Shown: positions 41,216-54,664, counted from the stretch's first letter. The stretch is 64,000 nucleotides of DNA from Octopus vulgaris (GCA_951406725.2 OX597827.1:18786001-18850000); one strand, 5' to 3'. Notes: generated by a model from the sequence alone, not told the origin. A program made the numbers and translations.

Positions 41216-41679
41216 TTATTTGATGTTTAAAAACTAGTTTTACAGAATCTTCTTTCAAAATACCTATTTTAAAAATTCTTTTATTCTTTTATTTGTTTCA
41301 GTCATTTGACTGCGGCCATGCTGGAGTACCGCCTTTAGTCGAGCAAATCGACACCAGGACTTATTCTTTTGTAAGCCTATACTTATTCTATCGGTCTCTT
41401 TTGCCGAACAGCTAAGTTACGGAGACTTAAACGCACCAGCATCAGTTGTCAAGCGATGTTGGAGGTGGAGCCTCGTGGAGCTTAGGTGTTTTTGCTCAAT
41501 AAACACTCACAATGCCCGGTCTGGGAATTGAAACCGCGCTCTTACGACCGCGAGTCCGCTGCCCTAACCACTGGGCCACTGCGCCGCCACTCGATGTTGT
41601 TGTTGTCTAACACCGAGTCATCTCTGATTAATGAGACTTATTGCTTTCAATTACATTAGGGCCGTTAGAGACGACTAAC

Positions 41680-42465
41680 TTGGCCGAATCGCTAGCACGA
41701 AATGCTAGGAAGCATTTTGTGTTTACGTTCCGAGTTCAAGTTCTACTGAAGTCGGTTTTCCCTTTCAGAGTGTTGATAAAATAAGTAGCAGTTGAACACA
41801 GGGGTCGGTGCAATCGATTTACACCCGCCCCCGAAATTGCTGGCCTTGTGCCAAAACATGAAACCAATATTAAATGTGTTAGAGGCGGCGAGCTGATAGA
41901 ATTGTTAACACGCCGAGCGAACTGCTTAGCCGTATTTCGTCTGCCGTTACGTTCTGAGTTCAAATTCCGCCGAGGTCGACTTTGCCTTTCATCCTTTCGG
42001 GGTCGAATAAATAAGTACCAGTTACGCACTGGGGTCAATATAATCGACTTAATCCGTCTATCTGTCCTTGTTTGTCCCCTCTGTGTTTAAGCCCCTTGTG
42101 GGTAGTAAAGAAATAGGTATTTCCCCCCCTCTTTACGGTCCGAGTTCAAATTCCACCGAGGTTGGTTTTGCCTTTCATCCCTTTTGGGGTCGATAAAATA
42201 TGTACCAGTTGAATATTAGGGTCGATATTGATGGCCTTGTTCCAAATTTTGAAATTATTATATTAAAAGCGTTTGAGGCGACGAAATAGCAAAGTACTTT
42301 CCTATGTTTCGTCTGTCCTTACGTTCTGAGTTCAAATCCCACCGTGGTCGAGTCTGTCTTCATCCCTTTTGGAGGTCCATAAAATAAGTACTAGTCAAAT
42401 ACTGAAGGTTGATGTAATCCCCTCCCCTCAAAAACTGCTGGGCCTATGTAAAAATTCGAAACCAT
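41680..42465 (+). mobile_element. Cluster of four SINE-B copies
   Basis: B boxes GAGTTCAA at ~41732, 41956, 42142, 42328; best copy 41884-42122. Confidence 0.85.
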
Positions 42466-42714
42466 TACATCAAAGGCGTTGTTGTCTATCATCCTGTCGT
42501 TTTCTTCTCTTTCGGGGGCGGGATGGGGTAGCCAGAAGTGGGGGCAGTGTGGTTGAATAGTTAAAAAGTTCATTTCGCAACCGCACTGTACCGAGTTCGA
42601 TTCCTCTTCGTGGCATCTTCAGTAACTGTCTTTTTCTGTAGCCTCGGAAGGACCCCACTGTCTTTTGAGTAGTATTTGATAGATGGAGTCTCTTTGGAAG
42701 CCCATCAAATAGAG

Positions 42715-42915
42715 CAGTGCTTTTCAAACTTTTTGCTGGAGCAGAACCCCAAGGAAACATTCCACTGGCTCGAGGAACCCATGTGCAATAATTTAATAGT
42801 CTTTTGCACACATATCTGCACAGGAGAATTATAAATTACTGCCGATTTTAGCAGTTTTGTAACTTCTTGCGGAACCCCTGGACTGTACTGGCGGAACCCT
42901 GGTTGAAAACCACTG
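42715..42915. mobile_element. hAT-superfamily MITE
   Basis: TIR CAGTGCTTTTCAA / TTGAAAACCACTG; perfect 8-bp TSD AAATAGAG. Confidence 0.92.
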
Positions 42916-44192
42916 AAATAGAGTATACCTGTAATTCGAAGTGTACAGCCTTCCCACAAACCGTGTCCCTGTGATTCTACCTGAGAATCACCTTCGATGA
43001 GGGACTCGTATCTACGTTACAGATACGCCCGGTCACAACGTCAATGAAGGAAAAAGTAATTCAGCTAATCGAATAACTGAATCCTCCTCGTCAAACGACG
43101 GAGATCCACGTCATATTAGAATATCTCATGTTCTTCTTTTAAAGACAGTACGGCGTAAGTTGGCGCAGTCTCGGTCTGTATTTCTATCGGGTTCAGCGAC
43201 GACCGCCATAAGAGGCTCCGCTCTGGCTCGCGGGAGTAGCCATGTTTCGCTTGGCTGCGTTGCTCAACACTCGAGTTTTGTTTGTAAGCTGACAGCAGGA
43301 AAAAAGCTATTTTTACTTTTGTGTTGAGGACAATCGAATGTTCTGGGAAGTCCTCTTCTCTTGCTCTATATGGTTATCTCTATTATATCTGGGTTAATAT
43401 TATTGTTCTATTTTTATTTTATAATCAAATGGGTTTTTTTTTTATAATTTACTTTCAATACAGCCACCACTCCCCACTCTTGTATTTTTGTTTTTAAACC
43501 CTCTAATGTCCCTCCCTGGACGCCCTTGTGGCAAATACATTATTATTGTTCTTTTTCCTTTCTTTGGTAGTGGTATTTTTATTACGCACATTCATTGCGC
43601 AACCAAGCCAAATGCAGAATATATTCAATATTTTTCATCATGTTTCCTATTTTTAATGAACTACGCCTAGTATATCTTTTATTTTTTTCTTATTTCATTG
43701 TTTAGACTGCGGCCATGCTGGGGCACCGCCTTCAAGAATTTTGGTTGAACGACTTGACCCCAGTACTTATTCATTCTAAAGCCTGATACTTATTCTGTTG
43801 GCTCCTTTCGCAGAACTGTTAAGTTACGGGGATGTAAGCTCACCAGTACCGGTTGTCAAGCGCTGGCGGGGGTCAAACACAGACACACACAATCGCGCGC
43901 AAGCACACACGCATGTATATATATATATATATATATATATGAAACAAGTAAAAGAGTAAACGAGACACAATTCCTAATAAAAATATGGTAGGACTTTTTA
44001 AATATCGAATGGTTTAGAGGATCTACCTAAATAAAATAACTATCAATGATGTCGATAGGGGGGAAAATGGTTGAGAGCCATTGTTTTAGAACTTGAGAGG
44101 GGAGTAAAATTGGTGAAATTAGCATTACTAACTCTGAGGCTGTGCACTGGCGGCAAGAATTGAAGACATTAGCACTTGGTATGTCAGAGGAA

Positions 44193-44495
44193 GTGGAGGC
44201 ACATGGCCTAGTGGTTAGAGCAGCGGACTCGCGGTCGAGGGATCGCGGGTTCGAATCTCAGACCGGGCGATGTGTGTGTTTATGAGCGAAGCACCTAAGC
44301 TCCACGCGTCTTCGGCAGAAGGTAATGGCGAACTTCTGCTGACTCTTTCGCCACAACTTTCTCTCACTCTTTCCTCCTGCATCTTGCAGCTCACCTGCGA
44401 CGGATCGGCGTCCCGTCCAGGTGGGGAACCTATACGTCAAGGAAACCGGGAAAACGGCCCTTATGAGCCAAGCGTGGCCCGAGAAGGAACAAACA
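44193..44495 (+). mobile_element. SINE-R, full length with 12-bp TSD
   Basis: TSD ATGTCAGAGGAA/ATGACAGAGGAA. Confidence 0.93.
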
Positions 44496-45027
44496 ATGAC
44501 AGAGGAATCCGGGAGAATGAGCCTATACGGTTGCATCCCTATGTCGAGAAACCTTCTCTTGTTCTTATTTTAGCCTGTGCTATTAGGCACATAGCTCAGT
44601 GGTTAGAGCGTCGGGCTCACAATTATGCGGTAGTGAGTTCGATTTCCGCACCGGGCTGTGTGTTGTGTTCTTCAGCAAGACACTTTATTTTACGTCGCTC
44701 CAGTTTACTCAGCAGTAGAAATGAGTTGCGATGTCACTGGCGCCAAGCTGTATCGGCTTATCCCATGGACAACATCGGTGGCGTGGATAGGGGAGACTGG
44801 TGTGCATGGGCGACTGCTGGTCTTCCATAGCAACCTTGCCCGGACCCGAGGTGGTACTTTACTCTATAAAGTTCTGTTTACTATTTATTTATTAATGTTT
44901 TTTTTTTTTATATTTCTTGTCTTTATTTCTTGTCTCAAAATTGAGAATTTTTGTTTGTTAAAATTTTACCAGTTCTTTTTGTTATCTTTTCAAAAACCCA
45001 TTTTACTAACCTCAACACACACATTCA

Positions 45028-45668
45028 CGGGGCCAGATTAAAACCTATAGAGACCCTAAGCACTTACTAAGCACTTTGGCAACCCTATATATATGGCAGA
45101 AACGTTATCACGCCGGGCGAAATGCGTTGCCGTATTTCGTCTGCCGTTACGTTCCGAGTTCAAATTCCGCTGAGATCGACTTTGCCTTTCATCCTTCCGG
45201 GGTCGATAAATTAAGTACCAGTTACGCACTGGGGTCGATGTAATCGACTTAATCTCTTTGTCTGTCCTTGTTTGTCTCCTCTGTGTTGAGCCCCTTGTGG
45301 GTAGTAAAGAAATATATATATATGTAATTCAAAATATAAACAATAATAAACCATAAAATAAATTTTTAGTTTTCAAAATGAAACAAAAATAACAGTAAAA
45401 TGGAAAATAATTTTTTGTTTGTTTTGTATACTGTCATTTTATTTCATATTTGAAAAGTTTTTCCTACTTTTTTTTTAATTGCAAAATTAATCTTATGTAA
45501 CACATCTGCTTCTATGTTTAGTAGAGGTAAGGCATCTCAAATACTATTTTAGCGAGTTTAAAGTGATTTCTTTTGTGCCGTAAACCATTTACTATTTCTA
45601 TGGTGCCTTCTCGCTCCTTTGCTGCCCTAAGTACGTGCTTAATTTGCTTAATGATTGATCCAGCGCTG
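45028..45668. mobile_element. Degenerate hAT-like MITE with nested SINE-B (45095-45312)
   Basis: Imperfect termini CGGGGCCAGATTAA / TTGATCCAGCGCTG, subterminal CCCTAAG motifs; TSD not clear. Confidence 0.5.
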
Positions 45669-45682
45669 TACGCACACGCACG

Positions 45683-45714
<32 letters not shown>

Positions 45715-46230
45715 TTATTGTTTTTCTTTAGAAAATTACTATTTTTAAATCTCACTGTCCTTTTATTTTTCTTCGAGCCCTTGTGGCGGTGTTTTGGCAG
45801 AACCGTTAGGGTGTCGGAAAAATACCCCGAAGCATTTGTTTCGGCTTTTTACAATCTGTGTTCAAATCCCGCCACGGTCAAGTTTGCCTATCATATCTTG
45901 AAGTCGATAAAATAAAGTGTAGTTAAATGCTAGGGTCTACTGAATCGACAAACCCTTTCTTCTCAGAATTACTATCCCTTGTTCTATTTCAGAAACTATA
46001 GCGTTGGACAAAATATTTAGTGGCGTTCCTTCTGGCTCTCTACGTTCGGAAGCACTGGAGACGATGTAACCGACTACCGCTTTTTCCCTAAAATTGTAGG
46101 CCTTGTCCCAAAAGTTGAAACCATTATTATTAGTATTTTTTTTTTTAAATGATAAAATAAAATTTTTTAAAATTTCATTAAAAACTCTTTAAAAAATTAA
46201 TTAATTAAAAAATAAAAGAAATCATTATTA

Positions 46231-46994
46231 CTTTTCTACTCACAGCACAAGGCCCGAAATTTTTGGCGAGGGGGCCAGTCGATTAGATCGACCCCAGTAC
46301 GTAACTGGTACTTAATTTATTGATCCAGAAAGGATGAAAGGCAAAGTCGACCTCGGCGGAATTTGAACTCAGAACGTAAAGACAGACGAAATACCTGTTT
46401 CTTTATAACCCACAAGGGGCTAAACACAGAGAGGACAAACAAGGACAGACAAACGGACTAAGTCGATTATATCGACCCCAGTGCGTAACTGGTATTTATT
46501 TAATCGACCCCGAAAGGATGAAAGGCAAAGTCGACCTCGGCGGAATTTGAACTCACAACGTAAAGACAGACGGAATACCTGTTTCTTTATTACTCACAAG
46601 GGGCTAAACATAGAGGGGACAAACAAGGACAGACAAACGGATTAAGTTGATTACATCGACCCCAGTGCATAACTGCTACTTAATTTATCGACCGAGAAAG
46701 GATGAAAGGCAAAGTTGACCTCGGCGGAATTTGAACAGAAAACGTAAAGACAGACGAAATACCTATTTTTTTACTACCCACAAGGGGTTAAACACAGAGG
46801 GGACAAACAAGGACAGACACATGGAGTAAGTCGATTATATCGACCCTAGTGCGTAGCTGGTACTTATTTAATCGACCCCGAAAGGATGAAAGGCAAAGTC
46901 GACCTCGGCGGAATTTGAACTCAGAACGTAACGGCAGACGAAATACGGCTACGCATTTCGCCCGGCGGGCTAACGATTCCGCTAGCTCGCCGCC
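46231..46994 (-). mobile_element. SINE-B multimer, 184-bp period
   Basis: One head then four bodies; register motif G(A/G)AATAC at 46388, 46572, 46756, 46940. Confidence 0.93.
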
Positions 46995-47267
46995 TTAAAA
47001 AAGAAATCCTTTATTACTAAGGCAGCGAAGGCGGCGAGCTGGAAGAGCCAAAATTTAAAACTAGTTTTACTAAGGCAGCGAGTTGGCAGAATCGTTAGCG
47101 GCTTTAAAGTTAGTTCTTCTAAATCTTTACGCTCTGGATTCGAATTCAGCTGAAGTCACCTTTGCTTTTCATTGTCGATAAAGCGAAATACCAGTCAAGT
47201 AGTACCTGTGTAATCGACTTGGCTTTACGATTCCCCTCACTGGTATTGTGCCCAAATTAGAAAAGAC

Positions 47268-47720
47268 GGATCTTTTCGGTTTGAACGGCAGTTTTTTTAA
47301 ATAATTTTCACGTAACTAAACACTTTTAAACTTCGTATAATAGTAGAATGTGTTTATAAAACATCTTATTCTCTTGGCTTTATTGAGAAAATTCTTTAGT
47401 TTGTAACATATTTGTTGTTTTTTTTCTTCAATTTCTGCAATTTCAACCAATCAATGACCGTCTATTGAGGTGAAAACATTCTGTGCCGTATGAAAATGTC
47501 CCTCGATTAAGAAACAGATTGGGTTTACTTACATTTCTGAGGAAAAAAATATACCCTTCTCCCACCCCTAACCCTAATCCTAACTAGCCCTAACTAACCC
47601 TAACTCTTACCCTAACCCTAAAATAGATTGAAATGCAATAGATCGATACTAGGGTCATAATTATGGGTGACAATTTCATATGACACCGCTAGAAAAAACT
47701 ACCGTTCAAACCGAAAAGAC
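47268..47720 (+). mobile_element. Telomeric-repeat MITE, copy 3
   Basis: Same TIRs; right TIR end collapsed with TSD GAAAAGAC. Confidence 0.9.
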
Positions 47721-48203
47721 TCTGCCGAGTGTATAGGGAAGATCGGCGCACCACCTTTCCTTAGCAGAGAAGTGGGGGAAAATTTTTCTCCGCTTAGTGG
47801 CTGTGACAAACGAAATTGTATGGTGGACCCGTCTGAAAGGTTTGAAGACAGGCACATTCCTATCTGGTCAATCTCTCATCAATTTTTTCTAATATTATTT
47901 GAAGAGGAAGGTGAGGGTAGGGCGGGAGGTGATGCCTTCTAGTGCTTTTATCAAAAGGTGGTCGACAATGGCAAGATTACTGAGATTGAATGGATCGATT
48001 CTGAATATGCATTTCTAAGCAGGAGGAGGGCACTTTCCTATGCTTTGGGGGATAACAGATATATCCTTTAATGTGGTAGTATCTCTCCTTGATTGATGTT
48101 AACCCCATGTTTTGATAAGTTTTTGTAATTTTTTTTTTGTGCTGTTACTCATCCTTCGATATTGTTCTCCATGTCTTTGGCACTTGTGGCCAATAAAAGA
48201 AAT
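47721..48203 (+). pseudogene. Tx1/L1-clade LINE 3' end with 3' UTR
   Basis: EIVWWTRLKGLKTGTFLSGQSLINF homologous to 5050-5130; AATAAA at 48192. Confidence 0.8.
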
Positions 48204-48230
48204 CATCATCATCATCATTATTATTATTAT

Positions 48231-48442
48231 TCTATGTTTGACTTTTGCTTTATGTTTGTACAAGTTGGCTCCAAGACTCACCCAGAGACCTCAAGAGACA
48301 ACAGGTTGGAAGTTCTGTGCCATATATTTGGGGTTTTTTTTTTGGTGTTGTACTAGTGAATGTCTAATACATAAAAAAAAAAAAAAAAATAAAAATAAAT
48401 AAATAAAAAAAAGTTTGTTTTAAACCTTGGGATTACATAGAG

Positions 48443-48445
<3 letters not shown>
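48231..48445 (-). mobile_element. R4/Dong LINE 3' UTR-only insertion
   Basis: Homologous to 31830-32050; bounded by (TAT)n. Confidence 0.85.
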
Positions 48446-48498
<53 letters not shown>

Positions 48499-48500
<2 letters not shown>

Positions 48501-49121
48501 GTTTGACTTTTGCTCTACATTTGTACAAGTTGGCTCCAAGTCTCACCCAGAGACCTCAAGAGACAACAGGCTGGAAGTTCATGTTGTTGTTATGCCTAGT
48601 GTGCCATATATTTAGTTTTGTATTTAGTGTTGTACTAGTGAATGTCTAAAAATCCATACGAAAATTATGTTTTTTTAAAACTTGAGATTACATAGAAAGT
48701 TTTTTGCGTAGGATATGAGCAGTTCCCGTGAGCACTATCTTTTGAATTTCTACCATTTTGGGGTTTCCTGGTATCTGAGTTAGGTAGCAATCAGTCCCTT
48801 TTGCGATCATTCCCAGGGCACCTATGATAACAGGTATTGTTTTAGCCTTTAGGTTCCACATTTTGCTGATTTCTATTTCAAGATCTTTATATTTGCTCAG
48901 TTTCTGGTAGGTCTTGACAGATACGTTTATATCGATTGGGACAGTCATATCAACGAGGAGGCATGTTCTTTGTCTGAAGTCTTTCAATATGATGTCTGGC
49001 CTATTTGCATCTATCTTTCTGTCAGTTTGAATGGTGAAGTTCCAGAGGAGTGAGATGTGGTCATTTTCAAGCACTGGGGGTGGTTTGTGTTCCCACCAGT
49101 TTTTTTTTCATGGGGCAAATC

Positions 49122-49124
<3 letters not shown>
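48499..49124 (-). mobile_element. R4/Dong LINE 3' fragment with restriction-like endonuclease domain
   Basis: ORF 48688-49074: ANRPDIIL..LLVDMTVP..QKLSKYKDL (PD..D..K..KY RLE motif); upstream frameshifted WWEHKPPPVLEN; (TAT)n both sides. Confidence 0.9.
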
Positions 49125-49188
<64 letters not shown>

Positions 49189-49791
49189 TTAATTTTTATT
49201 ATTATTATTATTGTTATTATTACTACTACTACTACTACCACAAACAATAGAGTTCGTCAAGGTGCGGTGATGCCTTTGTCCACTGTGGCGGTGTATCAGG
49301 TCTACTGACGTCCTCTTCCTTCCACTCTCTATCCTTGCATTGATCATTTTATGGGTACATTGGAGAGAACAGGTGGTGGCGAGAGGGGGAGGGGTGGAGA
49401 AGGAATGCAAAGCAGCAGTGCTGAGCCCTCCATCCTCCCCCCACCCTACACCGCCCTCACCCAGTGTTATATGACGTTGGGGGTGTGTGGTGTGGCGAGC
49501 GTGGTTTGCTAGAGAGGAGGCAGGCTGGCTGACTGGCCGGCTGCCGGGCTGGCTGGCTATGACAGCTGTGGTGGTGGCGGCTGGTCGACATACCTCAGTG
49601 CGTCGAAACAATATCAGAGGTGTCAAAACATCAACAACATACATCATTAAATATCCTGTCACCTACTTCGCAGACAAATATACACACGTTCACACGCATA
49701 CACTCTCTTACACACACACACACATACACACACACACACATACACACACATACACACACAGACACACTCTTTCACACACGCACGCACGCAA

Positions 49792-49825
<34 letters not shown>

Positions 49826-49988
49826 ATTCTTTTATTCTGTTACGTGTTTCAGTCATTTGACTGTGGCCATGCTAGAGCAACGTGAAATAAAGTGTATGGC
49901 TCAAGGACACAACGCGCCGCCGAGAATCGAACTCGAGACCTTATAATTGTGAGCCTAATACGCTAACCACTAATCCACGCGTCTTCAC

Positions 49989-50367
49989 ATCATCATCATC
50001 ATCATTGTTCGACCGTGGTCGAGACAATGGAATTTACCATGCTACGCCAGACTTCACGGTCCATCATAGCATTACGGAGGTCCTGTTGCTGGATGCCTGT
50101 ATCACTGGAGATTACATCAGGGTAGGAGAGTGTGCGCCCTCTGGTATTGCGAGTAGATGGCTTCCAGAGGAGAAGAGTAGAAATTACCTCTGTTTCAGCT
50201 CTACAACAATGTCCAGCAAACTGGACTCTCCTACCTTTCACACGAGATGACACAGGTGGTAGTTTCCCATATATTTGCATTTTGGTTGGATGACGCTTCC
50301 ACGAGAGATTTTGAGCTCTCATAAGGAGGCGAGTGTAGGTTCCATCCAACCGCCTCTCAAGCTTCAC
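49989..50367 (-). mobile_element. RTE-clade LINE 3' end
   Basis: RRVQFAGHCCR..LLLWKP..AMMDREVWR* followed directly by a (TGA)n tail. Confidence 0.88.
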
Positions 50368-50698
50368 ACTAGAATGAGATAAGGATGCGTCTAAACCTCA
50401 AAGTGGTCAGAGAAAGTTTCGATTGTGCCACAGTAGCGTGGATAGTATCACTCACGCCGTGAGGAGCTGTCCAAAGATTTCTGCCAGATATTACCTTCCT
50501 GGGGTGAAGATATTCTTGCTCAGGTGGTCTGCAATGCTAACTGCAAAAAGAGTTGTCCCGACGGTTCTTGCAGAATTGAATTTTATTATTATTATTTTTT
50601 ATTAACATTATTATTATTATTATTATTATTATTATCATCATCATCATCATTATTATTATTATCATTATTATTATTATTATTATTATTATTTTTATTAT

Positions 50699-50741
<43 letters not shown>

Positions 50742-50826
50742 CATCTTTATCATCATTATTTTTATTATTATTTTTATTATCATTATTATTATTATTATTT
50801 TTATTATTATTTTTATTATCATTATT

Positions 50827-50858
<32 letters not shown>

Positions 50859-50905
50859 TACCATCATCATCATCATCATCATTACCATCATCATCATCAT
50901 CATCA

Positions 50906-50978
<73 letters not shown>

Positions 50979-51633
50979 CATATTAATATCAGAACCAGAA
51001 AGCATTGACACATTTAACAATAAAGGTTACTATTATTTCTTTATTCTTTTGCTTGTTTCAGTCATTTGACTGCGGCCATTCTGGAGCACTGCCTTTAGTC
51101 GAACAAATCGACCCCAGAACTTATTCTATGTAAGCCTAGTACTTATTATATCAGTCTCTTTTGCCGAACCGCTAAAGCTTCGGGAACGTAAACATACCAG
51201 CATTGTCAAGCGATGATGGGGGACTAACACTGACACATAAATATATACATACAAATCGACCCCCAGGACTTATTCTTTTGCCGAACAGCTAAGTTACGGG
51301 GACGTAAACACAACTAGATCGCTTGTCAAGCGATTGTTGGGGAACAAGCATAGACACACACACACAAACATATACATACATACATAAATACATACATACA
51401 TATATACATACATACATACATACATGCATACATACTACGCTCTTCTACAGAAAGGAACACAGAAAGAAACAAAGAGAGAAAATAAAGAATGTGTAGTTGC
51501 TAGCAATCTATCATTATATGTATATATGTGTGTGTGTGCGCGCGCGTGTGTACATATATATATGCATACTTATATGTATATATATCTATATCTATATATC
51601 TATATCTATATATATATATATATATATATATAT

Positions 51634-51910
51634 GTGGAGGCGCAATGGCCCAGTGGTTAGGGTAGCGGACTCGTGGTCGTAGGATCGCGGTTTCGATTCC
51701 CAGACTGGGCGTTGTGAGTGTTTAGTGATCGAAAACAACTAAAGCTCCACGCGGCTCCGGCAGGGAATGGTGGCGAGCCCTGCTGTACTCTTTCGCCGCA
51801 CTCTTTCTTCTGTTGGCCTGCTCTCTTAGCCAGCGGGGTGGCGTCATTTAAGGGCTAAAACAATGCGAAGCGCATTGTGACCAGCAATGTGTAGCAACAC
51901 GGTGATGGTG
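51634..51910 (+). mobile_element. SINE-R
   Basis: GGAGGCGCAATGGCCCAGTGGTTAGGG head. Confidence 0.9.
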
Positions 51911-52411
51911 ATGTATGTATATACGACGGGCTTCTTTCAGTATCGATCCGCCAAATACACCCAGGTTATAGTAGAAGACAATTGCCCAAGGTGCCATGCA
52001 GTGGGACTGAACCCGGAACCATGTGGTTGGGAAGCAAGCTTCTTACCACATAGCTACTCCTGCGCCTGACTGATACTTTTTGCATATCCAAATTAACTTG
52101 GATGCATTCTTGAAGAGTAGAACGCTGCGTCAAATAGCCCAAGAGAACTTCTCATGCGAATGCATGGAGCACATGAAAGTACACATAAGATAGAGGCATA
52201 GGTGCTGGTAGTGGCATTCGTGGTTGTTTATGTTGTAAGGTCATGGATTGGTAGAATTGTTAGAACGTCGGAATAATAAAATGCAGTACTTATTCCGGAC
52301 TCCTTCACGCCTTCAGTGTAAATCCCACGAATTCAACTTCACTTTTTATCCTTTATTGGTCGAATAAATAAAGTACCATTAAATAGTTATTAGCGACAAA
52401 AACAGTATTAA

Positions 52412-52632
52412 CCCTTTCATTACCAACCCGCCTGAAACCGTCTCTGGCTCTGTAGTAGAAATGTCATGTTTTCATAAGTTTTGAATTAAAATCTTCCACC
52501 GAACTTAAGTCACAATTTATGTTCCTAACACTAGCTGAATGATAACTAAGTAATTTTACTGAATTCTTTGTTATATTTAAAGTAATTGACAGAAACACAG
52601 AGCATCTCAAAATAAATATGGTAACAAAAGGG
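52412..52632. mobile_element. piggyBac-type MITE
   Basis: TTAA|CCCTTTCATTACCA ... TGGTAACAAAAGGG|TTAA. Confidence 0.85.
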
Positions 52633-52953
52633 TTAACGCCAAAAGGCAATTTTTATATCCAACTTAACGTGGATGTATTGTCAGAACACTGAATACTGTG
52701 CTATTTAGCTTGAGGGGACTTCTCATATAGACGCATGGTGTATAAACACTTACATGATTATATCGCTGGCAGACGAGAATCGTCTTATGCGGGCACCAAG
52801 ACACCCCGATTGCGCGATTTCTTCAGTGGTAGAACGTCCGTTAATCACTTTTTAGTTAGCTTCTTGGCTATTTGCTACATTGGGGCTTAAACGGCTACTG
52901 AAATTACATATATCACTGGCAGTGAGATTTGGCTGTATGCGGCCACCGGACGT

Positions 52954-52999
52954 CTGTCACTGAAGAGATGAGGTATGTCGAAATCACGCGATCTAGCAG
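52954..52999 (+). ncRNA. Type I hammerhead ribozyme motif, partly decayed
   Basis: CTGTCA-CTGAAGA-GATG-AGGTA-TGTC-GAAA-TC-ACGC-GA-TC-TAGCAG; inverted deleted copy 52808-52840. Confidence 0.6.
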
Positions 53000-53488
53000 T
53001 GCGGGCGCCCGCAGTAGAATTTGGCGATTCTGTCAATTCATGAACTTCTACCATAAAGAACCACTAAACCTATCTCAACATCTATAATACTACTACTACT
53101 ACCACCGGTAATACTACCATCTTACCATCATGAAAACGATAGGGAGGTGGAAGAGGAGAAAAATTTGTTATGGAACACTATCTTGGAAATATTTGAATCT
53201 TGATTTGAGAAATAAGAAAGATGAGTCACTTATTTAAATTCCCAAGAGCTTCAGAAATGTAAAGAATAAGGTCGCCAATTCAAGTGCTTCGTCTTCCCTC
53301 CACGCCCCGTTTCCTTGGTTTCTATTCAAATCTGAGGCGATTAGAACCTTGAAACCTGAATAAGCTATGGGAAGAGAGAGAGAGAGAGAGAAGGGGGAGA
53401 AGGAGAAAGAAAGAGAGAGAGGGGGTGGGAGGGAAAGACAGGGAGAGAGATGGAGAGGGGGGAGGAAGAAAATGAGAAAGAGAGAGAG

Positions 53489-53528
<40 letters not shown>

Positions 53529-53607
53529 TGGGATCATGTATCAACACTAGTAATTTCTTTCGAGCGCACCCAGGATCATAACCACATATCCGGCTCGGTT
53601 ATTTGTG

Positions 53608-53660
<53 letters not shown>

Positions 53661-53782
53661 CATACATATACATGCATACATACATAGATACATACATACA
53701 TACCTACATACATACATACATACATACATTCATTCATATATATATCCAATATTCATACATATACATATATCCGTATACATAT

Positions 53783-53827
<45 letters not shown>

Positions 53828-53880
53828 TGCATATGTGGGTATATATACACATACAAACATACATACATACATATATATAT

Positions 53881-53932
<52 letters not shown>

Positions 53933-54006
53933 TATACATATATTATATACACATATATATATATATGTATATATATATATTATACATATATTATATACAC
54001 ACACAC

Positions 54007-54066
<60 letters not shown>

Positions 54067-54585
54067 TATGTGGGTACAGGACGTCACCAACTGTAAACAA
54101 CATGAAGTACGAAAACAAGTTAAATACGCATACTTGCAATGTGTATATATATACATATTTGAGGAGATAAATATGTGTGTAGATGTGTGTAGCGTATGCG
54201 CACACGAACACGCACCCAGACACACAAACGCACAGCGCTGTTTAAGAATGTTTCTGAGCTTAGAACTTCCCGACAAAAATTACGGAACGGATCTGAAAAA
54301 TGAAGAATCGAGGTTTTGGCATTACTTGGGTTTCACTCATCATTCTGTGTAGCGTCAGGATTCTTGCATGATAAAGCACAAGGGTTAATAACATCTAAAG
54401 TTATAGGCATGGCTTCGTATACATACATACATACATACATACATACATACATACATACATACATACATACATACATACATACATACATACATACTTACAC
54501 ATATATACACACGAACACACTCGTGCATATACAAATATAGATGTATGCATGTATGTATGTCTGTATGTATGTAGGTATGCATGTA

Positions 54586-54654
<69 letters not shown>

Positions 54655-54664
54655 GTCTGTCTGC

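Noticed and set aside
46231-46994. Regularly spaced repeats suggesting a CRISPR array
   Set aside because: Whole units are homologous with no unique spacers; eukaryotic SINE multimer.
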